Source of the DNA: Candidatus Undinarchaeota archaeon
GTDB lineage: Archaea > SpSt-1190 > JASMDC01
Assembly (NCBI GenBank): GCA_964519305.1
Contig: CAZFHY010000001.1
Location: 314,132 to 378,131, forward strand
Length of the DNA: 64,000 bases
Direction: 5' to 3'
Of this stretch, positions 56,862 through 64,000 are shown in pieces. Made by a program: the position numbers and the translations under genes. Each line of letters opens with the position of its first letter. The stretch's first letter is position 1. The notes under the pieces are model-generated. The model was not told the origin of the DNA, ran no database searches, and saw only the letters and a list, made by a program, of their open reading frames with translations.

Positions 56862-57977
56862 CTAATGTTTCAGCCACTGGGTCAAAAGCCACGGGAACCG
56901 CGGACTGATGCATGCGTGTGGGCATAGCTCCACGCAGCATAGGCACCGGATGCATTTGTCGTAATCGAACCGCACCCGGTCACTGACCGTGATGGCCTTT
57001 GCGGGACAGTTGGTCTCGCACGTACCGCACCGTTCGCAAGCGGCGTCGTCGCACATGGGCTTGGGAACGGTGAACGGGATGAGGAACCCGGCCTGGAACA
57101 CAGGCCAGAGCCGGTAGATGAACTGCGACGGTAGACGGACCTTGGTGGTCTCGGGCTCTTCGCCAAGGATCGTATAATCAGTGGAGCCCAATCCCAGCTC
57201 CTGGGCGACCTGTACGGTCACGAGCTTGTCCAGGGGGATGCCCATGATGCGTGCCAGCACCGTGTCAACGGCCACCGGATCGCGGCCGGCCACGATATAA
57301 CCAAGACGGACGCTCTTACCAAGATAGTTGGGCCCGTTACCCTCCAGCCCGATCACGGCGTCGGCCACTGCCATGTCCGCAGGGCACGCTTTATTGATCG
57401 CGGCCACAGCCTCGGCGAAAGGCCGGATGGTGTTGGCCCACTTGTGGATGAGCTGCTTCTCGTTGCCGGGGATGAGGCCGTACATGTTCTTGAGTGCCCC
57501 CGTAAGGATAGTGACCATGTGGGTCTTGGCCTTGGGCATGTTGATGATGTAGTCGGCGTCCACGGCGGTCTTCTCCAGGAACACCGTGCGCTCCTTCCCA
57601 CCGAACTCCATGGTGAAAGGGACCGGCGGCGCCTCACCGAACCGCATGAGGTGAAAGTCCTGTCGCTCGCTAATCTCTTTGAACCCCGTGACCTTGAGGA
57701 AGTCCTTGAGCCGTTTGTTGGCCCAGGTGCCGGGGGAGTCGCCCACGGTGAGCTGACCGCCCAGTCGCTTGACCTCCTCCACCATCGGTTCTACGACGGC
57801 GGGATGTGTCGTGACAGCATCGTCGGGCCGCCGTCCGATAAGGAGGTTGGGCTTGATGAGCACCTTGTCGTCCTTGGCAATGTCGAGCCCTCCCAAGAGG
57901 GAAAGTGCCTTGCGCACCGCGTCATCAGCGTCAGCGTAGTCCTTGCACCGGACCACAGCGACCTCGGACGGGGGCAT
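56862..57977 (-). CDS. DUF362 protein with C-terminal 2x[4Fe-4S] domain
   Basis: IKPNL, TTHP, PKAKTH, KNMYG, GNGP, DPVAVD; CERCGTCETNCP and CIRCLCCVELCP. Confidence 0.88.
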   Translation of the reverse strand: MPPSEVAVVRCKDYADADDAVRKALSLLGGLDIAKDDKVLIKPNLLIGRRPDDAVTTHPAVVEPMVEEVKRLGGQLTVGDSPGTWANKRLKDFLKVTGFKEISERQDFHLMRFGEAPPVPFTMEFGGKERTVFLEKTAVDADYIINMPKAKTHMVTILTGALKNMYGLIPGNEKQLIHKWANTIRPFAEAVAAINKACPADMAVADAVIGLEGNGPNYLGKSVRLGYIVAGRDPVAVDTVLARIMGIPLDKLVTVQVAQELGLGSTDYTILGEEPETTKVRLPSQFIYRLWPVFQAGFLIPFTVPKPMCDDAACERCGTCETNCPAKAITVSDRVRFDYDKCIRCLCCVELCPHACISPRFPWLLTQWLKH

Positions 57978-58032
57978 CAGGCCAACCATCCTGTCCCAAG
58001 GATTTAAATGTTCCCCGGTACAGCCCCGCCAC

Positions 58033-59112
58033 ATGGCGTCGCCTGCCCACATCCCGCTCTCGCGCCCGGTAATTACCCAAGAGATGAAGGACGCTGTATG
58101 CCGCGTGCTGGACAGCGGGCGGTTCGTACTGGGGGACGAGCTCGCCGCGCTCGAGAAGGAGTTCGCCACATTCGTGGGAGTAGGCAACGCCGTGGGGATA
58201 TCTTCGGGCACCGATGCGCTCCACCTGGCCCTCAAGGCCGCGGGAATCGGCCCTGGTGACGAGGTAATCACCGTCCCCAACACGTTCATCTCCACGGCCC
58301 TGGCCATCTCGTACACCGGTGCGTCGGTCCGTCTCGTCGATGTGGACGAGAGCTACACCATGGACCCCTCCAAGCTGGAGGCGGCCATCACGCCCAAGAC
58401 CCGGGCGATCATCCCTGTCCACCTCTACGGCCATACCTGCGACATGGACCCCATCCGCGAGGTCGCCGAGCGTCACGGGCTGTTCCTGCTCGAGGACGCC
58501 TGTCAGTCGCACGGTGCCACCTACAACGGTGCTCGCACCGGCTCGCTCGCGGACGCGGGCTGCTTCTCGTTCTACCCATCCAAGAACATGACGGTCGCCG
58601 GAGAAGGCGGTATGTTCGTAACCGATGACGATGCTCTCGCCGATAAGGTGCGACTGCTCCGTGCATACGGCGCCAACGCCCGCAAGGGGATCGCCGAGGT
58701 CCTGGGGTACAACGCCAAGCTGTGCGAGATGTACGCCGCCATCGCCCGCATCCAGCTGCAGATGCTGGACGGGTTCAACGACGGTCGTCGGAAGAACGCC
58801 GCTCTCTACGACAAGCTGCTCGGCGATGCAGTGGTGACACCCCGGGTGCACTGGGGCACACACGTCTACCACCTGTACGTTATCAGACATCCCAACCGCG
58901 ACGCTTTGCGTGCACACCTCGATGGATGCGGCATATCCTGTGGCATCCACTACCCCGTCCCAGTCCACCGTCAGCCCTGCATGGACGTCCCTGGCTCGTT
59001 CCCCGTGGCCGAGGGGTTCGCGAAGGACATCCTCTCTCTCCCAATGTCGGCCGTCCACACGGACGAAGAGGTTGGTCGCGTGTGTGACGCGGTCCTTGCA
59101 TACGTGAAGTGA
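58033..59112 (+). CDS. DegT/DnrJ/EryC1/StrS PLP sugar aminotransferase
   Basis: SGTDALHLAL, PVHLYG, EDACQSHG, SFYPSKNM, LSLPM. Confidence 0.93.
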   Translation: MASPAHIPLSRPVITQEMKDAVCRVLDSGRFVLGDELAALEKEFATFVGVGNAVGISSGTDALHLALKAAGIGPGDEVITVPNTFISTALAISYTGASVRLVDVDESYTMDPSKLEAAITPKTRAIIPVHLYGHTCDMDPIREVAERHGLFLLEDACQSHGATYNGARTGSLADAGCFSFYPSKNMTVAGEGGMFVTDDDALADKVRLLRAYGANARKGIAEVLGYNAKLCEMYAAIARIQLQMLDGFNDGRRKNAALYDKLLGDAVVTPRVHWGTHVYHLYVIRHPNRDALRAHLDGCGISCGIHYPVPVHRQPCMDVPGSFPVAEGFAKDILSLPMSAVHTDEEVGRVCDAVLAYVK

Positions 59113-59141
59113 GCCTGACCGCTATCTGGGATTGTAACTAC

Positions 59142-59178
59142 AAAAAAAGGTAGAAGCGGCCCCCTTGACGAGGGCCGC
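59142..59178 (-). terminator. Hairpin plus T7 terminator of the 59190-60260 gene
   Basis: Minus strand GCGGCCCT-loop-GGGGGCCGC then TTCTACCTTTTTTT. Confidence 0.65.
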
Positions 59179-59189
59179 GTTCTGTATGC

Positions 59190-60260
59190 CTATTTTTTCG
59201 GGAAGTACTTAGCTATGTTGGCCTCAGTGAAACCAGCATCCAGGAGGGACGACCGGATCTTGTCCATGGGCATCCCCTGGTCCTTGCACTTAGATATGTA
59301 GTCGGCGATCTCATCGGCACCGCCGCTCCCCTCTTCCTCGTCCTGGAGGACGTCGGGGATCTCGGTGTGTCGGCAGATCTCGTCAGCAAGGTTGGTGACG
59401 ATGCGGTCCACGAACAGCGCGGCCAGCAGCATGAACAGCGAGAACCCGAACGTTGAGAACACCAGGCGCTCACCTGACACCTTCTTGCGACACTTGCGGT
59501 CCTTGTCATAGCAGAACTCGTCGACGCCGCATGCCTTGTCCTGGTCTTCCGGAGCAAGCTTCGAGGGATCTATACCAGGTACACAATCCTTGTCCGTCAC
59601 CACGTTGGCGGCGAAGGAATAGAACATCCCCACGACCACCAGCGCCAGACCGACGAACGCAACGACCGCGATTATCTGCTGTTGCTGACTGAACGCGTCC
59701 ATGGGGCCGTAGACTACGCCCCCGATCTTGTTGATGGTCTCAGCGGGTACGAAGGTGTGCACCAGGATGATGACCACCAGGAACACCAGTGCGAGCCCGG
59801 AGAACAGGCCCAGCCCCTCGCCCTCGCCCTGGCCGAGTGTCAGGATGAAGAACGTGAAGATAGCCAGGAACGTCAACAGACACAGGGTGCGCAGATAGAA
59901 GTTGTAATTGCGCAGTTTGCGCTCGAACTCCTCGTCCGCGGTCACCACCGTGAGCAGTCCCGACGCGGCCTCGGCCATGTCGCGGATCTCCGACAACGCC
60001 TTGGAGAGCAGTATACAGATTACCACCAGCAGGATCGCACCGATCGTTTGGAATGCAGATACTCCATAGAAGTCCTGGAACGGAGCGAACTTCAAGAAGA
60101 GGTAACCACCGATCGTCCAAACGATGAACGCAATGAGCAGGTTTATAATGAACTTCGGGAAGGAGTCCCATATCTCTCGCACGGACTCGACGAATATCTT
60201 ACCCGAGGTCACGCCCGCTTCGATGGCAAACTTGCCAATGGCGAAACGTCCCTTAACCAT
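59190..60260 (-). CDS. Polytopic membrane protein with Cys-rich loop and small C-terminal helical module
   Basis: About six TM segments; loop DCVPG...CGVDEFCYDKDRKC; tail YISKCKDQG...IRSSLLDAGF. Confidence 0.7.
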   Translation of the reverse strand: MVKGRFAIGKFAIEAGVTSGKIFVESVREIWDSFPKFIINLLIAFIVWTIGGYLFLKFAPFQDFYGVSAFQTIGAILLVVICILLSKALSEIRDMAEAASGLLTVVTADEEFERKLRNYNFYLRTLCLLTFLAIFTFFILTLGQGEGEGLGLFSGLALVFLVVIILVHTFVPAETINKIGGVVYGPMDAFSQQQQIIAVVAFVGLALVVVGMFYSFAANVVTDKDCVPGIDPSKLAPEDQDKACGVDEFCYDKDRKCRKKVSGERLVFSTFGFSLFMLLAALFVDRIVTNLADEICRHTEIPDVLQDEEEGSGGADEIADYISKCKDQGMPMDKIRSSLLDAGFTEANIAKYFPKK

Positions 60261-60319
60261 GGTGTCAAAGGATTGACTTAATCCTTTATATAAAAATGTG
60301 GCTCGCGACCACCTGCGCT

Positions 60320-60904
60320 CTACTTGACCTGCTTGAGCAGTCGTATGGATGCTATATTGATGGCAACCTGTAGGTTGGTCCATGCTTTCCCGATGTTCCC
60401 GTGATCGAGTGCCTCGAGCATCTTCTCCATGAACACTCTGATGTCATAGAGGTGGGGTCGCTCGTTGATGTTGAGCTCGATCTCCACCTCCAGGAGGGTC
60501 AGGATGAGGCTGATTGTGTGACGTACCTTGCGCATGGCCGCTCGCCGGGAATCGCCTTCCAGATCATCGATTATCTTGAGTAGGACGAATATCCAGCTCA
60601 GCCTGTCGAGGATGCGCATGTACTTGAGCACCTGTATGCGCCGGGGGAGAACCAGGTTATACTCCTTGTCGTCAGTGAGGACCACAACAGCATCTATGTC
60701 GATGCCCTCGTGACAGGAGCGGTCCAGAAGGGCCTCGACCTCACCGTCGGCCATGTGAGGGTACTCCGAGCCCAGCTTGCGCACGAAGATGACGTTGTCC
60801 ACAACGCGCACCTCCTCGGGTTTCATGCTCGAGCGTATCCGGTCAAGCGACTTCTTGGAGAAGCCACCGAACACTTCGTCCTCGGGGCTCACGGTCCCAC
60901 CCAC
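60320..60904 (-). CDS. Hypothetical protein
   Basis: 194-aa ORF overlapping the end of the upstream amidohydrolase. Confidence 0.6.
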   Translation of the reverse strand: MGGTVSPEDEVFGGFSKKSLDRIRSSMKPEEVRVVDNVIFVRKLGSEYPHMADGEVEALLDRSCHEGIDIDAVVVLTDDKEYNLVLPRRIQVLKYMRILDRLSWIFVLLKIIDDLEGDSRRAAMRKVRHTISLILTLLEVEIELNINERPHLYDIRVFMEKMLEALDHGNIGKAWTNLQVAINIASIRLLKQVK

Positions 60905-61698
60905 TCAAGGATGTTCTGGCCCAGGATCATGTCGATCTTTTCCTTTGGGAGATGGAGCGACAGGGCGATGTCCACGACCGCTTCCAGCGCTGATGCCATG
61001 TGCCCGTACGGTGTGTCGGAACCGAACACCACCCGGTCGGGGCCCACTGTGTAGATGAGCTCATAGATGTCATAGATGGGAGCGACCGAGGTGTCGAAGA
61101 GGATGTTGTGAGCGCCCTTGAGCGAATACACCACACGGACTATGTCCACGTACGCCCCGTGGGCAAGGATTATCTTGAGCTTCGGGAAGTCCTTGATTAT
61201 GTTGGTGAGGGCGTCACCTATCCGCATACGTCGCATGAGCCCGGTATGGATGATGATGGGGATGTCGTGCTCCTGGGCAGCATCGTAGATGTTGAACGCG
61301 ATCTCCTCATCGATGGAGAAGCTCTGGGCACGCGGGTGGAGCTTGATACCGCGGAAATCCTGGTCCAGTCGTTCCTGCATTTCCTTTCCGCACGCTGTGG
61401 AGTGGGGGTCCAGACGCATGAAAGGGATCAGACGGTCCCTATGGGAGTCGTACGCTTTAGCGATGATCTCGTTGGCCTTGTGGAAGCACCGTCCCGGCCC
61501 CGGCATGTTGAACGGGAACGCCACCGCCCGGTCCACCTTATGCTTGTTCATGGCACGGATGAGCTCCGGCATCGCCTGATGCATGCCGTCCTTGTCCTCC
61601 CCCAGGTGGGTGTGGCAGTCCACGATCAGTGTGTCGTCGAGGAGCTCCTCGTACACGATGCGCGGGTCCTTGCCGGGGAAGCAGTGGTATGGAGTCAT
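60889..61698 (-). CDS. Amidohydrolase_2-family metallohydrolase
   Basis: VDCHTHLG, GIKLHP, IIHTG, ILAHG, FDTS, FGSDTPY. Confidence 0.88.
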   Translation of the reverse strand: MTPYHCFPGKDPRIVYEELLDDTLIVDCHTHLGEDKDGMHQAMPELIRAMNKHKVDRAVAFPFNMPGPGRCFHKANEIIAKAYDSHRDRLIPFMRLDPHSTACGKEMQERLDQDFRGIKLHPRAQSFSIDEEIAFNIYDAAQEHDIPIIIHTGLMRRMRIGDALTNIIKDFPKLKIILAHGAYVDIVRVVYSLKGAHNILFDTSVAPIYDIYELIYTVGPDRVVFGSDTPYGHMASALEAVVDIALSLHLPKEKIDMILGQNILEWVGP

Positions 61699-61854
61699 GC
61701 GTGCAGTGGAGGTTACGCTCTGACGATTAATGAAGTTTTGCTTCGCGCCCAGGGATGACGGGATTACTCCACCTGCCGGGGACAGAAGGTTTATATTCCG
61801 GCGACCCCGCTAGATATCGCTTGAGGGGACAGTGGTCCCCATGGGGTGTACGGG

Positions 61855-63039
61855 ATGGATATTGAGAGCAGTGAGCGTACGATAGTGTTCTTCGACAGGT
61901 CCTACGGTGGTGACGCCACCGGGGAGCTCGAGTCCTACGGCATACAGGTGGAAGAGTCCTACGCCGGTCTGGGCGCCGCGGTCGTGACCGGGGCCGACGC
62001 GCGCGAGCTGGCCACCCTGCAGCTGGCGGGTGTGGTATCCAAATATGGCGAGGACCAGTCCGTCACAATCTCCGACGAGACCCGCGGTCCGTACAACGAC
62101 AGCGCTCACGGCCCCGGCAGCATCTCCCCCGACCCGTACGACACCGGCGACCAGCCCGAGGCGCGCGACGTCCCTAACGACTGGGGCTACCTCCGGGTGC
62201 GCTCGGCCCAGGCCAACGCAAAGGGTCTGGACGGAGCAGGAGTCAAGGTCGCAATATTCGACACCGGCATCGACGCGAATCACGAATACCTCAAGGACAA
62301 CTACGCCGGCTTCACCGACATTCCCTACGGTAAACCGGACCCGTACGACGACCACGGGCACGGCACCCATTGCGCGGGTACGGTCAAGACCGTCGCCCCC
62401 GAGGTCGAGCTCTATGGCTACAAGCTCCACATGTCACACGGCGCCAACCGCATCTCGGACATCCTCCGCGGACTGGACACCATAGTCCAGGACGGCATGG
62501 ACGTGGTGAACATGTCCTTCGGTCTGGACACGGACGAGGAGCGCGAGGGCTACTCCAAAGAAGAGGGTGACCGCATCCTCAATGAGGCGTGCTCGCGTGC
62601 CTACGACTCAGGCGTGTTCCTCGTGGCCGCTGCTGGTAACGACGGCCAGGCCGCCGATCCGGCCACCGGCCGCAGCAGGTCCGCACCAGCCTCCGGTCCG
62701 GACGTCTTCGCAGTGGGTGCCATGAGCAAGTACAACGACAAGCTGGCGTACTTCACCAACCTCGGGTTCGACATCTCGGCACCCGGTGCACGGATCCTCT
62801 CCTCGATCCCCGGGGACAGGTACGCCACGTGGGACGGCACGTCCATGGCCTGCCCGTTCGTGGTCGGTGCCGTTGCGGCCATCAAATCCAAGTACAGCGA
62901 CCTGTCCAACGACGAGATCAAGGACGTCCTCATCGCCTCGTCCGACGATGCGAGCTGCAACACCTACCGCCACGGGTTCCAGGAGTACAAGGTGCTCAAC
63001 CTCGAGGCGGCAGCCGACCTGCTCGAGGACGTCGAATAG
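61855..63039 (+). CDS. S8 subtilase, paralog 1, no signal peptide
   Basis: DTGID, HGTHCAG, AAAGND, GTSMACP; GAAGGTTTATA upstream. Confidence 0.92.
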   Translation: MDIESSERTIVFFDRSYGGDATGELESYGIQVEESYAGLGAAVVTGADARELATLQLAGVVSKYGEDQSVTISDETRGPYNDSAHGPGSISPDPYDTGDQPEARDVPNDWGYLRVRSAQANAKGLDGAGVKVAIFDTGIDANHEYLKDNYAGFTDIPYGKPDPYDDHGHGTHCAGTVKTVAPEVELYGYKLHMSHGANRISDILRGLDTIVQDGMDVVNMSFGLDTDEEREGYSKEEGDRILNEACSRAYDSGVFLVAAAGNDGQAADPATGRSRSAPASGPDVFAVGAMSKYNDKLAYFTNLGFDISAPGARILSSIPGDRYATWDGTSMACPFVVGAVAAIKSKYSDLSNDEIKDVLIASSDDASCNTYRHGFQEYKVLNLEAAADLLEDVE

Positions 63040-63109
63040 TCCGTGACAGAACGGCCCACGCCCCGTCCCCCGGGGAAGGGTTAAAAACGCCATCGCCAGC
63101 AGCGCCAGC

Positions 63110-64000
63110 ATGGTGGAGCTTGCAGGTGTCGAGCGCACTGTCGTGTTCTTGGAACAGGGTCATGATGCGTACGACCTCGCGTCCTATGGGATTACCGTCG
63201 AGGAGGCGTACACGTCACTGAACGCCGCCCTCGTATCACATGCTGACGACCAGGAGCTCGCTGATCTCCAGACCACGGGCGTCATCACCTGCTACGGCGA
63301 CGAGCGCGCGGTCACCATAACCCACAGTGATCAGCCCTATGAGCTCGCCACGGGTGTCGGACCGGAGGACGTGGCCCAGGACTGGGGCTACAAGCGCGTG
63401 CACGCCACCGAGGCGAACGCCCGGGGGCTCACCGGTGTCGGTGTGAAGGTGGGCATACTCGACACGGGGATCGACGCGTCACATCCTTACATCATCGACG
63501 CCTACCGCGGATTCACTGACCTGATCTACGATAAACCCGACCCGTACGATGACCACGGCCACGGCACTCACATCGCCGGTATCATCCACACAGTAGCTCC
63601 CGAGGCCGAGCTGTACAGCTACAAGGTCATCACGGGCAAGGGCGATGACGGGTTCTCGGTAGCGCTCCGCGCACTCGACAAGGCCGTCGCGGACGGAATG
63701 GACGTGGTCAACATGTCATTTGGGATGGAGACCGCAGAGGACTTTGAGGGACTGCCCAAGGCCGAGGTGGACCGCCTCGTCAATGAAGCGTGCTCACGGG
63801 TGTACGACGCGGGAGTGTTCCTCATAGCGTCCTCTGGCAACGCCCGGGAGATGGCCGATCCTGAGACGGGCCTTAGCAGGACGTCTCCCGGCTCCTGCCC
63901 CGACGTGTTCACCGTTGGCGCGTCCTGGGAGGACAATGACCGCCTTTACAACAACACGAACCTCGGATTCGACATAGTCGCGCCCGGGACAAGCATCCTC
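63110..64000 (+). CDS. S8 subtilase, paralog 2 (runs off the window)
   Basis: Manual translation from ATG 63110: MVELAGVERTVVF...DTGID...HGTHIAG...SSGN; absent from the ORF track because it has no stop in the window. Confidence 0.9.
   Translation, partial: MVELAGVERTVVFLEQGHDAYDLASYGITVEEAYTSLNAALVSHADDQELADLQTTGVITCYGDERAVTITHSDQPYELATGVGPEDVAQDWGYKRVHATEANARGLTGVGVKVGILDTGIDASHPYIIDAYRGFTDLIYDKPDPYDDHGHGTHIAGIIHTVAPEAELYSYKVITGKGDDGFSVALRALDKAVADGMDVVNMSFGMETAEDFEGLPKAEVDRLVNEACSRVYDAGVFLIASSGNAREMADPETGLSRTSPGSCPDVFTVGASWEDNDRLYNNTNLGFDIVAPGTSIL

Noticed and set aside
63110-64000. Possible pseudogene, since it is missing from the ORF track
   Set aside because: Manual translation shows the subtilase motifs in one frame; it is simply truncated by the window edge.

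Overview
GC-rich archaeal chromosome segment. The evidence for an archaeon is BRE/TATA promoters of the type GAA(A)GGTTTA(T/A)A, many apparently leaderless genes, a TFS transcription factor and a geranylgeranyl reductase; some proteins look DPANN-like, but the lineage cannot be fixed from this window. Recognisable genes: paaK, an ATP-citrate-lyase-like pair plus citF, RNase HIII, trkAH, three AIM24 genes, mutS-mutL, a motif-altered pyruvate kinase, an opine-dehydrogenase/amidohydrolase operon, a 2496-aa alpha-2-macroglobulin without a thioester, and a carbamoyltransferase/GT2/DegT glycan cluster. There are also many acidic hydrolases lacking signal peptides, often duplicated (4x M14-like, M28, 2x nitrilase, arginase-like, HEXXH, 2x subtilase). 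The strongest unexplained signal is an ~800-nt intergenic region (about 34620-35425) between TFS and mutS. Read on the minus strand it is five ~150-nt units, each folding into three helices with mostly GNRA/UNCG tetraloops and compensatory changes between copies. It has its own TATA promoter and a pyrimidine-rich end, so it is a candidate undescribed large repeat-structured ncRNA or RNA array. No rRNA, tRNA, CRISPR array or transposase was seen. All calls are by eye, without database searches.
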